Part shown: positions 21,937 through 32,125 of the stretch, piece by piece | Position numbering within the stretch: the stretch's first letter is position 1 | Layout of the letters: every line of letters begins with the position of its first letter | Assembly: GCA_965223865.1 (NCBI GenBank) | Contig: OZ245020.1 | Span: 928,001-992,000, forward strand | DNA length: 64,000 nucleotides | Direction of reading: 5' to 3' | From: Nitrosarchaeum sp. | GTDB lineage: Archaea; Thermoproteota; Nitrososphaeria; Nitrososphaerales; Nitrosopumilaceae | Made by a program: the position numbers and the translations under genes | The notes under the pieces: model-generated | Seen by the model: the letters and a program-made list of their open reading frames with translations, nothing else | Told to the model about the DNA's origin: nothing | The model's database searches: none

Positions 21937-23073
21937 TTAACTTAGGAGTTTTCTAAGTTCGCCGGTGATCAAGATCTGAGCAGTTTTGATTGATTCCTTT
22001 CTTCCAAGTAATTTTACAATAGATGCTGTGTGAAAATCAAAGTCTTCTTTTTCTGAAATTTCTTTTGTAATCTCAGGTGTTATGGAATCAAATAACTTGT
22101 TTACAGTGTTATTGTCTAGTCGTTCCAAAATTTTTCTTGCAAATGATTGTTTTTCAAACTCTTTTCCAAATTTTTGAGTCCATTTTTTTTGATATTCTTC
22201 CAAATCTTCTAGGTTGTTAGATTTGAGAAATTTTGAAATCGCTTTACCTGCAAACAATCCTCCCATGCCACTTGTATAAATTCCTCCTGCAGTTGTAGGT
22301 TTTGCTTGTCCTGCTGCATCTCCAATTGTAACAGTTTTACCATCGACAAATTTCTTTATAGGTCCTTTAATCCATATTGGAGCAAAAATTTTCCTTATGA
22401 CTGAATATTTATCTCGTGAATTAAGAAATTTTTCTATTGTTACTGCAGCGTTAATTCCCTTGCCTGCAACACCTACTTTCCCTTTTCCTTCTTCTGATGG
22501 AATAACCCATGCAAAAAATCCTGGATATTGTTTTTGATCAAAAAATACTTGTACTTTTCCTTTTTTTATCCAATCTGCATAAATTTCATACTGAGCTGAA
22601 GACAGAATCCCAGATCTGTCTGTTTGAACCAGAGACGATACTCCTCTGGCATCAACAAAAATTTTGCATTTTATTTCCCCCTCATTTGTCCTTACTCCGT
22701 CTTTTATGATCTCTTGGAAGCTTGTTCTTACTTTGATCGTTGCACCATTTTTTTGAGCTTGATGTGCTATTTGTTTATCTAATTCTCTTCTGTTTATCTC
22801 TGCAACTTTTTGTTTTTCAGAATTTATTGAAAAACTGTTGCCATTAGGTGCATAAATTTCTGCAGATTCAATGAAATTTTCAAAAGTTTTTCTAAATGGA
22901 ATTACTCCTAATTCTTCTAAACCTCTTGTACTTACTAAACCACCACAATGCTCAGGTGTTCCAATTTCAAAATCTTCTTCAATTACTAGAACGGTATTTT
23001 TGTCCTTTGCAATTTCTCTTGCACATATCAAGCCAGAAACGCTGCCGCCTGCAACCACTACATCAAAGTACAC
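21937..23073 (-). CDS. Geranylgeranyl reductase-family FAD oxidoreductase
   Basis: DVVVAGG, HCGG, FAWVIP, IGDAAG..PTTAGGI. Confidence 0.85.
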   Translation of the reverse strand: MYFDVVVAGGSVSGLICAREIAKDKNTVLVIEEDFEIGTPEHCGGLVSTRGLEELGVIPFRKTFENFIESAEIYAPNGNSFSINSEKQKVAEINRRELDKQIAHQAQKNGATIKVRTSFQEIIKDGVRTNEGEIKCKIFVDARGVSSLVQTDRSGILSSAQYEIYADWIKKGKVQVFFDQKQYPGFFAWVIPSEEGKGKVGVAGKGINAAVTIEKFLNSRDKYSVIRKIFAPIWIKGPIKKFVDGKTVTIGDAAGQAKPTTAGGIYTSGMGGLFAGKAISKFLKSNNLEDLEEYQKKWTQKFGKEFEKQSFARKILERLDNNTVNKLFDSITPEITKEISEKEDFDFHTASIVKLLGRKESIKTAQILITGELRKLLS

Positions 23074-23326
23074 ATTTTTTTTAAATTTGTCAAATATTTA
23101 ATTTAAAAGATGTTGGTAATAAACTACAAAATAGAATTGCCTGTGGAAATGAAAATAATAAAAAATTTCTAACAATATACATTGTATTTCTACTTGAATT
23201 TATTAAAAGTTGATAAATCAAAAAAATTAAAAGTGATATTTTCTCAGTATAAAATACATTAAAGCTTTTACTGAGAAATCGCACTCAAAACCAAGTCATT
23301 GCATTAGTTTTATTGTAAATTTTCTC

Positions 23327-23566
23327 CTAACACTGTCCTTCTATTCCCATAAGAGTTTTCGTTGAACGAATTTTATCGATCTTTCTAATTTTCCAAATGA
23401 TCATCTGTCTTAATTCTTCTAGTCGTTCACATTCTAAACTTGTTAGAATGTCATACGCTCCAAATACTCCGTATACATTTTTAACACAATCAATGGCTTT
23501 TAAATCTGAAATAACTTGTTCTTCAGAACCTAGCTCGCAATTTATTAAAACAAATGCTTTAGTCAT
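23327..23566 (-). CDS. Lrp/AsnC ligand-binding (RAM) domain protein
   Basis: KAFVLINCELG..VFGAYDI..KIRKIDKIRSTKTL. Confidence 0.85.
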   Translation of the reverse strand: MTKAFVLINCELGSEEQVISDLKAIDCVKNVYGVFGAYDILTSLECERLEELRQMIIWKIRKIDKIRSTKTLMGIEGQC

Positions 23567-23608
23567 AATTTTATTGTAAATTATTTCCTCCAAGTATTAC
23601 AAATTTAA

Positions 23609-23866
23609 TTATGAAAAATTTTTTCTGCCTATTTGCCACTTTTCTAAACGCCACCAATCTTTATAGTCCTCTCTAAATAATTTGTCTTTAAACGATTTTT
23701 CTAAATCTTGATTATTTGATAGAATTTGTTTGTAATCTTCTGAAATTTTAAGATTGCAATTGCAGTTTTTTAATTTGTTTTCCCCACAATAAGGACAATA
23801 ACAAAAACAATAAGTTGCAAAATTTTTACATTTACCACAAATCCTCGTTTCCTGTTCAATATTCAT
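23609..23866 (-). CDS. Cys-rich hypothetical protein
   Basis: CGKC, CFCYCPYCG, CNC. Confidence 0.65.
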   Translation of the reverse strand: MNIEQETRICGKCKNFATYCFCYCPYCGENKLKNCNCNLKISEDYKQILSNNQDLEKSFKDKLFREDYKDWWRLEKWQIGRKNFS

Positions 23867-24290
23867 TGTCTGTATTTTTCAAAAAAGATACTTTAGTTAT
23901 TGGAATAAATTTCTAAACATTTATTCTATTTTTTGTATTTATTTGAATGATTGTAAATATCATCTAGAATATCCTTATTTTTTAAATTGATTTTATTGTA
24001 TGAAAGTGACAGAAAACAATGAGAAATTTAAACAAATATGCTACAAACAAAGCAAAAATTTTGAATGATATTTCAAAAAAATCTTACAATTCTTGTGATG
24101 TGATACTTGAGTATCTCTAATAAATTAAATGATATTTTACACTTTGGCAAAAAATATTAAAATTTCATATTTTGTTTGACAATGATTATGGGTTGGATTT
24201 TTGGATTCATGAGATGCTGTTTTTTAAAGATCTGTTTTACCTATTTGCTAACTCAAAAGTTTTTCATTAGGCATGTTTTTTGATATCAAT

Positions 24291-24644
24291 ATGGGAGATA
24301 TTAAACAAGTAATTGTTGTTAGGACTGATCTTGAGATGGGAAAAGGAAAGATCGCAGCTCAGGTAGGGCATGCTTGTGTATTGGGTGCAGAACATGTCCG
24401 AAAATCTCATCCTGAATGGTTTAATCATTGGTGGGGAGGACAAGAAAAAGTTGTAGTAAAAGTTTCAGGAATCAAGGAATTACAAGAAATAAAACGACAC
24501 GCAATTGATTTGAACTTGCCTTGGTCTGAGGTTACAGATGCTGGTCATACTCAAATTACTCCTGGTACAATCACATGTATTTCAATTGGTCCTGCGCCAG
24601 AAAATCTAATTGATAAGATTACTGGAGATTTGAAATTATTGTGA
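24291..24644 (+). CDS. pth2: Peptidyl-tRNA hydrolase Pth2
   Basis: RTDLEMGKGKIAAQVGHA, GQEKVV, DAGHTQ. Confidence 0.96.
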   Translation: MGDIKQVIVVRTDLEMGKGKIAAQVGHACVLGAEHVRKSHPEWFNHWWGGQEKVVVKVSGIKELQEIKRHAIDLNLPWSEVTDAGHTQITPGTITCISIGPAPENLIDKITGDLKLL

Positions 24645-24696
24645 AATTAAAATAAATCCTAGAAGAGATATAATGAGGTTACCAAATTCTTAATTC

Positions 24697-26280
24697 GTGA
24701 AGAAAAAAGGAGTTATTGTTACTGTTTTCTTTGGTGTCATTTTACTTACTTCTACTGTTGCAATTGCTATTCCAAACATTGTTCCTGAAGATGAAGAATC
24801 AGAAATTACTCTAACTGGAACTCCTGCAGATAATTTTCCTGATGAACAGCGTGCACAATTTTGTGGTTCTGGAGATGCAAAATCTACTCCTTATGTTAAA
24901 GAATATACAATTCCAACTGAATGTACGAATCCTTTAGCTATAGTTGCTGACTATGAGGGTATTGTTTGGTTTGCACAAACTAATACTGGAAAATTAGCAA
25001 AGTTCGATCCTCAAACAGAATCTTTCTCAGAATTTGATAATCCTTCCTGGCCCAAAGGGGGTCGTTCAATGATGTGGGGTATTGATTATTCCCCTGATGG
25101 CACTGTTTGGTTTACTGATGAAACATATGATTCTCTATGGAGATTTTCTCCTGACACTCAAAAGTATCAACGAGTAGCTTATCCTTCTGAAGGAAATTCC
25201 TTACCACAACGTCTGAAAGTAGAAGGTTCTCAAATAATTGTTAATGACTTTACTGGAAACAAAATCACTTTTTTGGACCCAACTCAAACTGGTGATGAAC
25301 TTAATTATCTCAGCCTTCCTTCTCCTGTAGATAACTCTGTAACAAGTGACTTTGCAGTTGATGCTGATGATAATATTTGGTATACGAATTGGTTATTCCA
25401 GGAAAGTGGGGTTTTGGTTAAATATGATCAAAGAGGTTTCCAAGAATCTGTAATTAGCTCGGGAGAAGACACTCTTCCATTATTCGATTTTATTGAAGTA
25501 TTTGAGTTACCGACTGACCTACTTACCCCTAATGGTGCTGTGGTTACTGAAGATGGAAAAATCTGGATTGCAGATACATCTAGTTCTCACTTTTTCAGTT
25601 TCGATCCTGAATCTGAGTTATTCACACAATATGTGACATCTGAACCTCAACTATTGACCTATGGAAATTCTACTGGAATAATTAAAACTCCAATATCTAG
25701 ACCCTATTGGATTGATGTTGATTCTATGGGAAAATTGGTTTTCAATGAACAAACTTCTAACAGCATTGCAGTTATGAATCCTGCCAAAGAATCCCTTGTT
25801 GAATATTCTATTCCTTCAAGAAATCCAAATTGGGGTGATTGTGGCAATTTGCAAAACTGTGGATTGGCCCAAATTTTCGATTTTGCCATTTATGAAGACA
25901 AAATTTGGTTTACTGAATGGGTGGAAAATAATATTGGAGTAGTTGATACTTCGGTAGAGTTACCTCTAAGTGTAGAATTAGACACTGACACCATTTCAAT
26001 AAAATCGGGCGAATCTGAAAATCTTAACTTTGCAATTTATCCCCAATCTGATGAGGATTTACTTGGAGTGTCATTGGTAATTTCTACCACTCATGACTTT
26101 TTGAATGTGAGTACAAATTCTCCACGAACATTCCAATTAGATTTTGATGGTCCAAGACCAATTGATGTAACAATTTCTGCAAATGAAGAAGCAGTTTCAG
26201 GAACCTACAAAGTTCTATTAGGTGCCCAAACAGAGGATGTTTCAATTAGCAAATTTGTTACACTCACAATAGAGTCGTGA
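24697..26280 (+). CDS. Secreted Vgb (virginiamycin B lyase)-like beta-propeller protein
   Basis: Signal/TM segment; repeated xWFT...GK..FDP blades. Confidence 0.75.
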   Translation: MKKKGVIVTVFFGVILLTSTVAIAIPNIVPEDEESEITLTGTPADNFPDEQRAQFCGSGDAKSTPYVKEYTIPTECTNPLAIVADYEGIVWFAQTNTGKLAKFDPQTESFSEFDNPSWPKGGRSMMWGIDYSPDGTVWFTDETYDSLWRFSPDTQKYQRVAYPSEGNSLPQRLKVEGSQIIVNDFTGNKITFLDPTQTGDELNYLSLPSPVDNSVTSDFAVDADDNIWYTNWLFQESGVLVKYDQRGFQESVISSGEDTLPLFDFIEVFELPTDLLTPNGAVVTEDGKIWIADTSSSHFFSFDPESELFTQYVTSEPQLLTYGNSTGIIKTPISRPYWIDVDSMGKLVFNEQTSNSIAVMNPAKESLVEYSIPSRNPNWGDCGNLQNCGLAQIFDFAIYEDKIWFTEWVENNIGVVDTSVELPLSVELDTDTISIKSGESENLNFAIYPQSDEDLLGVSLVISTTHDFLNVSTNSPRTFQLDFDGPRPIDVTISANEEAVSGTYKVLLGAQTEDVSISKFVTLTIES

Positions 26281-27473
26281 TACCAAAAATAGATTCTCAA
26301 ATTGGCATTTTAGTTTACAGTACCTCCTTTAATGGAATTGGAGGAAGAATCAAGAATAATCCTGAAGATTTTGAAGTATTTGAGATAATTTCTGACAGAT
26401 CATTAAAATCAATAAAAGAGCAAGAAGGTTATGCTGTATTCAAACTTAAAAAGAAAAATATTGATACAAATCATGCACTTTCGGATATATTTAGAAAAAA
26501 AGGAATTAGACTAAAGGCGCTTGGACTCAAAGATGCTTCCGCTGTTACGGTTCAGTTTGTTTGTTCAAATAACAAAGGTAAATCTATTAATAGTTTTCTT
26601 TCTGAAAAATATTCTCTTCAAAAAGTTGGATATGTAAAAAAACCCTTATCAAAAAAAGATATGATTGCAAATCACTTTAAAATCAACATCTCTAATTGCA
26701 ACAATCAGTTAGAAGAATTTCATGAATATGAAAAAGTTTTGAATTTCTATGGATATCAAAGATTCGGCTCAAAAAGACCTGTTACGCATCTTATCGGAAA
26801 GGCGATTTTACAGAAAAATTTCAAACAAGCTATTGATTTGATACTCTCATTTACATCATCGTACGATTTTACAGAAAACACTGAGATTAGAGAAAAACTT
26901 ATAGACAAATCAAATTATGCCCGATATTTTAGAGATGTTCCTCATCAAATGGATATAGAACGGATTGTTCTTCGAGAAATGATTGAACATGATAATGAAA
27001 AAAAGGCAATACGTGCAATTCCTCTTTCTTTAAGAAGATTTTACATTCAAGCATATCAATCCTATTTGTTTAATCACTCATTGAGCTCTGCATTTTCTGA
27101 TGGGGAGAATATGTTTAAAATTCAGGAGGGCGATGTATGTTTTGACTCAAACGGAAAGATTGGAAAGTATGTTAAAGATGGGGAACAAAACCTTTCATTA
27201 CCTTTTGTTGGGTACTCATATTACAAAAAAACCCGTTTTGATTATTATATTTCTAAAATTTTAAAAAATGAAGAAATATCTCCTAAGGACTTTTTCATAA
27301 AAGAGATGCAAGAAGTAAGCAGTGAAGGTGGATTTAGACAAGCTACAATACATTGTACAAATTATTCGTCATTTGATAATTCCGTAGAGTTTTCATTATC
27401 ACGTGGATCTTTTGCAACCATTTTACTACGTGAAATAATGAAACCTAAAGACCCTATAGGAGCAGGTTTTTGA
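26277..27473 (+). CDS. truD: tRNA pseudouridine(13) synthase TruD
   Basis: PEDFEV, GLKD, NFYGYQRFG, AYQSYLFN, GSFATILLRE. Confidence 0.95.
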   Translation: MIPKIDSQIGILVYSTSFNGIGGRIKNNPEDFEVFEIISDRSLKSIKEQEGYAVFKLKKKNIDTNHALSDIFRKKGIRLKALGLKDASAVTVQFVCSNNKGKSINSFLSEKYSLQKVGYVKKPLSKKDMIANHFKINISNCNNQLEEFHEYEKVLNFYGYQRFGSKRPVTHLIGKAILQKNFKQAIDLILSFTSSYDFTENTEIREKLIDKSNYARYFRDVPHQMDIERIVLREMIEHDNEKKAIRAIPLSLRRFYIQAYQSYLFNHSLSSAFSDGENMFKIQEGDVCFDSNGKIGKYVKDGEQNLSLPFVGYSYYKKTRFDYYISKILKNEEISPKDFFIKEMQEVSSEGGFRQATIHCTNYSSFDNSVEFSLSRGSFATILLREIMKPKDPIGAGF

Positions 27474-27515
27474 GATAAAATTTGTGAATAATTTATCCTC
27501 TGATTATTTATCAGG

Positions 27516-27734
27516 TTATAATCTGATTTTTTTTATAATGAATAATCCAATACCAGATCCTGTCACTATTATGCCAAATATTAAAATCTGCAACCCATAG
27601 TTTATCCACTCTGGATTTGAATACATAAATGACGATTCAGGACCTATTATTGATTGGCCTTGAAGATGAAATATTCCTCCTAGAATCGTAATTATCACTC
27701 CTAAAATAATTACAACTGTTCCTTTTACCATCAA
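27516..27734 (-). CDS. Small two-TM membrane protein
   Basis: Two hydrophobic helices flanking QGQSIIGPESSFMY. Confidence 0.7.
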   Translation of the reverse strand: MMVKGTVVIILGVIITILGGIFHLQGQSIIGPESSFMYSNPEWINYGLQILIFGIIVTGSGIGLFIIKKIRL

Positions 27735-27884
27735 CTGTAACGCAAACTTTACTAGTAAAAAGGGTAAACAGAGTAATTTCTAAAAAATAGTATGCAAAAA
27801 CCATGTTTCTCTAAATATTCAAATTTCAAACAATTTGAGTCTGCATCAAATAAACTCTACATAGATTCAGATGTTCTTCTTACA

Positions 27885-27910
27885 TGTTAACTATATTAAT
27901 ATTGTTAACA
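27885..27910. promoter_or_regulatory. 26-bp near-perfect palindrome upstream of cyclase gene
   Basis: TGTTAACTATATTAATATTGTTAACA; 24 of 26 positions self-complementary. Confidence 0.5.
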
Positions 27911-27944
27911 GTATGTTTATCTCAAATAAATTCTAATTTAATTT

Positions 27945-28613
27945 ATGAATCAAGAAATAAAATTGGCACAAACAAATCAAGCCTGTGAAAAACAAAAATT
28001 GGAACATAATGAGAATTTTTCTGACAAAAAGAATGGTGATGTGATTACTACGGTTGGTGCCCCGCAATATTTTTGCGTTGGAATAGTTGACATAATTAAT
28101 TTCACAAAAACTGTAGCTAAAATAGAAACAAATAAGGTACCACAATACTATGAAATTTTTCTAAATAATATGGCAAAAATAGTAAATAGTCAGTATGGAG
28201 AAATTCTAAAAATTATGGGAGATAGTCTTTTATTTTATTTTCCAGAGACTTGTCACTCTCACAAGTCTAGTTTCTTAAATGCTGTAGACTGTGGTTTTTC
28301 CATGATGGTAATACATGAAAAATTAAATCAAATTCTAGAAAAATATGACCTCCCTCAAATTGATTTTAGGATTAGTTTTGATTATGGGAATGTGACTGTG
28401 ATGAGGACTAGAAACGGATTGATTGATCTTGTTGGACCTACAATTAACACCTGTGCAAAAATCAATGATCTGGCCTCAACCAATGGTATGGTTATTGGGC
28501 GTAATCTCTATGAAAAATTAAAACATTTTAATGAATACAGCTTTAAAAAAATAAAAAATTTTTGTATTGATTTAAAATATGAATATCCTGTTTTTATTAT
28601 TTATAAAAAATAA
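27945..28613 (+). CDS. Class III adenylate/guanylate cyclase-domain protein
   Basis: GIVDIINFT, KIMGDS, RISFDYG, DLVGPTINTCAKI. Confidence 0.85.
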   Translation: MNQEIKLAQTNQACEKQKLEHNENFSDKKNGDVITTVGAPQYFCVGIVDIINFTKTVAKIETNKVPQYYEIFLNNMAKIVNSQYGEILKIMGDSLLFYFPETCHSHKSSFLNAVDCGFSMMVIHEKLNQILEKYDLPQIDFRISFDYGNVTVMRTRNGLIDLVGPTINTCAKINDLASTNGMVIGRNLYEKLKHFNEYSFKKIKNFCIDLKYEYPVFIIYKK

Positions 28614-28655
28614 AAATTGTTAAAAGCATAAACGTTTTTTAAAAAAATAACTTAA

Positions 28656-29708
28656 ATGATGACCAAAGTTTTCCTATTCTCAATCGTTGTGATAATTTCA
28701 CTGTTCATTAGTGCAGGATTTTCGGATTTGTCTTTTGGAGAAACTATTGATTCCCCTAGAAAGCAATTGCAAAATGGGGTGTCTTCTTCGGATATAATCT
28801 GTAAACCTGGATTATCATTAGTAATATTCCATTCTGAAAAACCTGCTTGTTTGAGTCCGACTACTCTCTTAAAATTGGAAGAGCGTGGTTACATTAAATC
28901 TATTTTACGCGAATTTGTGCAAGAAACTCCTGAAATCAAAATTGATGATATTAAACCAACAGTTAGTACTGAATCAACTATTACCGGAAATACTGGCTCT
29001 GCTTCCACACCTCAAATAGAAAACATTCCTGCCTCTGGAGGCTCTGTAGTGAATTTCTATATCACAGATGATGATTTGAATATTAATCGAGGTGGAGTAG
29101 ATATTGTCGAAACAGAAGGTCTGTTAGAATTTTTGATTAATGGTGTCCCAATTGAAGGTCCAGATAGGATGATTGAAACTGGGCCTACTACTGGCCAATT
29201 CTATGTCAAATTACAACTTCCAGAGTCAATAAATGGAAAGGCTATTGATCAGGATGATGTAGTTGAGATTAGATATTTAGACGAATCTGATGCTGGAGGA
29301 GAACAGCGAATAAGCACAAAATCAATACCGTTGTCAAAAACCTATGCTCAAGTACAAACCTCTGGAGGAGGTAAAACAAGAATAGGGCATGAATTTACTG
29401 TGAGAATATATGAGCCTGATGCCAATCTTGATTCAAAGGATGTAAACAAAATTTCCTTAAACCAAATAGAATACCGAGGCGAAGGAGGAATCAGAACAAC
29501 TTTGGCTAACCCTGTATTTGATGCAAATGCTTCATTCCTAAGAGAAACCGGAGAAAATACTGGTATTTTTGAAGTAATAATTAAAATTCCACGAATCATA
29601 GATGGGGATCCAGTTCACATTGGTGACTGGTATGAACTTAGATATATTGACGTATCTACACCTTCCAATACATCTGAAGAAATTAAACTTCAAGGAAGAA
29701 TAGGATGA
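28656..29708 (+). CDS. Secreted surface protein with S-layer-like repeats
   Basis: Signal peptide; SPRKQ..ICKPG..PAC..KLEERG module; two D(L/A)N...ETG..TG.F repeats. Confidence 0.65.
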   Translation: MMTKVFLFSIVVIISLFISAGFSDLSFGETIDSPRKQLQNGVSSSDIICKPGLSLVIFHSEKPACLSPTTLLKLEERGYIKSILREFVQETPEIKIDDIKPTVSTESTITGNTGSASTPQIENIPASGGSVVNFYITDDDLNINRGGVDIVETEGLLEFLINGVPIEGPDRMIETGPTTGQFYVKLQLPESINGKAIDQDDVVEIRYLDESDAGGEQRISTKSIPLSKTYAQVQTSGGGKTRIGHEFTVRIYEPDANLDSKDVNKISLNQIEYRGEGGIRTTLANPVFDANASFLRETGENTGIFEVIIKIPRIIDGDPVHIGDWYELRYIDVSTPSNTSEEIKLQGRIG

Positions 29709-29823
29709 AAAATTAATTGATGCAAAGCCTAAACCAATAATTTTAATAAAATTTAGTAAACTAATACAAAATAATATTTACCATTTTTGGTATCCTTTTT
29801 CTCCTTTTACTGATGTTGTTGAT

Positions 29824-30030
29824 TCATCTTGGAATTTCAATTTGTTCGTCTTGCCAAAGGTAATCAAAGCTGGTATACATAGACATTCTGCCACAGTTTG
29901 GGCATTTCCACATATTCTCAAAAAGCTCAGATTTTTCTTTTGCCTTAACAAATTCCTGATGTGTGGTAACTGATTGTATGGGTGAATCATGAATTGTCTT
30001 GCAACTCTTACATCTTACTACCGCTGTCAT
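29824..30030 (-). CDS. Small Zn-ribbon protein
   Basis: CKSC and CPNCG pairs. Confidence 0.65.
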   Translation of the reverse strand: MTAVVRCKSCKTIHDSPIQSVTTHQEFVKAKEKSELFENMWKCPNCGRMSMYTSFDYLWQDEQIEIPR

Positions 30031-30287
30031 CTTAAGTGATGTTCTTCAAAATAGCAAAAAATAACAAAAATCAAAATTTTTTCACAACAAGACTAGAAAT
30101 CAGAGCAATCTAATTTGAAAAATCCTAGAGACTCATTTTAGACATAAAAATTCATTATTTTAGAATACTTTGGCTTGAGCATATAGGACACCCCCAAGAA
30201 ACCCTTGTTTAGGCATAGTAAAAATTGATAATTTGAACAAATGATTTTTTGACCTATTCTTTAATCATTTTTCTCTTATTCAAAAAA

Positions 30288-30977
30288 ATGTATAACTGGG
30301 AATATGGCGAATCTGAATCTAACTCTCACAAATATCTTAACCTAATTCTATTTACTTTGTCTGCAACTTCGGCAATTACTGTTTTTATGATTTTTCATCC
30401 TCAAATTGAAGCAATTAACCGTGAATCCCCTATTTTGATAAATATTATGTTTGCCCCTGCAATGGCGGTGGGTTTTCTCTATGGAGTGCGTATTACTGAA
30501 AGAGCAGTCAAACCTTCCGAAACACGTAGTCCATTTAAAAGATCTATTGTAAAGATATTCTTATTCTTTTTTGTAATTGGTGGAATGTTTAGCTCTGTAA
30601 ATTTTGCAATTAATGGAGGTAGCATAATGCCTGAAATGACTATACTTGAAAATGGTTTACTGACCTGGCTAACAGAGTTTGTGACTGCAAATGGAGGTGC
30701 AACGTTCCTTATCATATCCAGTATTGCACTAATGGCAGCTGCAACAAAGCGAATTGTGGGAATGAATACGGGAATTCTTAATAGAATTGTCACCTTTGTA
30801 GGAACTTTTGTATTCTTTACATTGTTAGTTCTCAGTTTTACAAAATCTGATCCTACTTCATCAGGGGTATTTTTGTATACTTTCTATCAAGCAGGAATTG
30901 TAGGTGGAGCATTTTATGCGATGAATAAGCTAACTAGAAATCTTAATACTATGGAAGACTTTGCTAACGGGTTTTAA
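30288..30977 (+). CDS. Hypothetical multi-pass membrane protein
   Basis: About 6 hydrophobic segments; start set at ATG 30288. Confidence 0.75.
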   Translation: MYNWEYGESESNSHKYLNLILFTLSATSAITVFMIFHPQIEAINRESPILINIMFAPAMAVGFLYGVRITERAVKPSETRSPFKRSIVKIFLFFFVIGGMFSSVNFAINGGSIMPEMTILENGLLTWLTEFVTANGGATFLIISSIALMAAATKRIVGMNTGILNRIVTFVGTFVFFTLLVLSFTKSDPTSSGVFLYTFYQAGIVGGAFYAMNKLTRNLNTMEDFANGF

Positions 30978-30979
30978 AA

Positions 30980-31228
30980 TTACTCTTCTAAATCAACGTA
31001 AATTCCGGAAATATCGTTGTTGATTCTATCCCAATATTTCTCACACCCATCGGATTTGAAATCATTTGCCTTGCATTCATTAAAGTGGGCTGTGTTGTCT
31101 CTTTGAATAGTATCTGCATACAAGACATCTGCGCCTATGGCAAGTGTCAGTAATGCAACTGCTGTAAGACTGGCTGAAACTACGATCATCGCATAACCTA
31201 CTTTTGCATGATTATGAGGCTCTTTCAT
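30980..31228 (-). CDS. Hypothetical membrane-anchored protein
   Basis: One TM helix, two Cys in the soluble part. Confidence 0.7.
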   Translation of the reverse strand: MKEPHNHAKVGYAMIVVSASLTAVALLTLAIGADVLYADTIQRDNTAHFNECKANDFKSDGCEKYWDRINNDISGIYVDLEE

Positions 31229-31348
31229 TTGATCAAAAACCCTTCTTCCTTGAATTTAATCTTTTCAAGAATGTTATCTACTAGAAAATATTGGCACTAT
31301 TCCATCTTGATAAGAAAATAGAAAAGTTAGTAAGTAAATCTATACTTA

Positions 31349-31867
31349 TTGAGCATTCAAATCATGCAATATGAGTTCCTAGGACCAATAAATCTTGATG
31401 AATGGGGACCTCCTATGGAAAAAGTAGTATATCTAATACTATCTCGCGAAAAAGACACCTTCAAAATTCTTTATGCTAATGAATGTGAAAAAACCAGTGA
31501 AAATGGGTTTTTTATAAAAAATCCAAACTTCAAGTGTTGGGTTGAAAAGTCTGGTTCTGAAAAATTTCTATATTTGGCCATACTTCCAATGTTTGAATCT
31601 GGGTCTGAGCAGAGAAAGCGTACATTATCCAAAATCATTGCCAGATATCAACCAATATGCAACATAGAAAGTATGCCTGAAGAAAAACTTGATTATGCTG
31701 TTCGCTCAAAACCCACCTCCGAAAGCAAGAATACTGAGAAATCAGAATCTGAAAGAATTATTTGTCCTTGCTGTGGTTCTGAAATGAACATTGAAAAAGT
31801 TTTAGAGAAATCAAGCATTTTCAAGTGTTCTGAATGTGGCCTGAGTGATACTAAACTTAACTCTTAA
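31349..31867 (+). CDS. Hypothetical protein, degenerate GIY-YIG-like N-domain plus C-terminal Zn ribbon
   Basis: VVYLIL..ILYANE..YQPICN; CPCCG..CSECG. Confidence 0.65.
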   Translation: MSIQIMQYEFLGPINLDEWGPPMEKVVYLILSREKDTFKILYANECEKTSENGFFIKNPNFKCWVEKSGSEKFLYLAILPMFESGSEQRKRTLSKIIARYQPICNIESMPEEKLDYAVRSKPTSESKNTEKSESERIICPCCGSEMNIEKVLEKSSIFKCSECGLSDTKLNS

Positions 31868-32090
31868 TTTTGTTTTGGACTTCAAATAACTGCAATGTTA
31901 ACAGGTCAATTGCTTTTTTCAAATGCTCAAATTCGTTAATTGAATGGATTTGGCCTTCAACCAGTGCTCTTAATATCTTCGTTTCTCCTTTTTGAAATTC
32001 ATTTGATGCAACAATCTCCATTGCGTTAATTTTAGAAAGAAGAATGTCTAATTCATTTTTCATTTCTTCAGCTGGTGCGTGTTTTTTCAT
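31857..32090 (-). CDS. Conserved hypothetical protein
   Basis: 77 aa helical ORF with ATG start. Confidence 0.7.
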   Translation of the reverse strand: MKKHAPAEEMKNELDILLSKINAMEIVASNEFQKGETKILRALVEGQIHSINEFEHLKKAIDLLTLQLFEVQNKIKS

Positions 32091-32125
32091 GTTTTTTGTA
32101 ATCTGGTTTAGTATATGAATTATAA

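Noticed and set aside
23090-23284. 64-aa ORF in an AT-rich gap
   Set aside because: Low-complexity F/L/I/N composition typical of a random AT-rich frame
23870-24270. Long AT-rich intergenic region as a replication origin or CRISPR leader
   Set aside because: No ORB-like repeats, no adjacent cdc6/orc1 and no repeat-spacer pattern seen
24697-26280. Vgb-like protein as an antibiotic-resistance gene
   Set aside because: Only a generic secreted beta-propeller is supported
29778-29990. Alternative-frame 70-aa ORF overlapping the Zn-ribbon gene
   Set aside because: The 29824-30030 frame has two CxxC pairs and is the better gene
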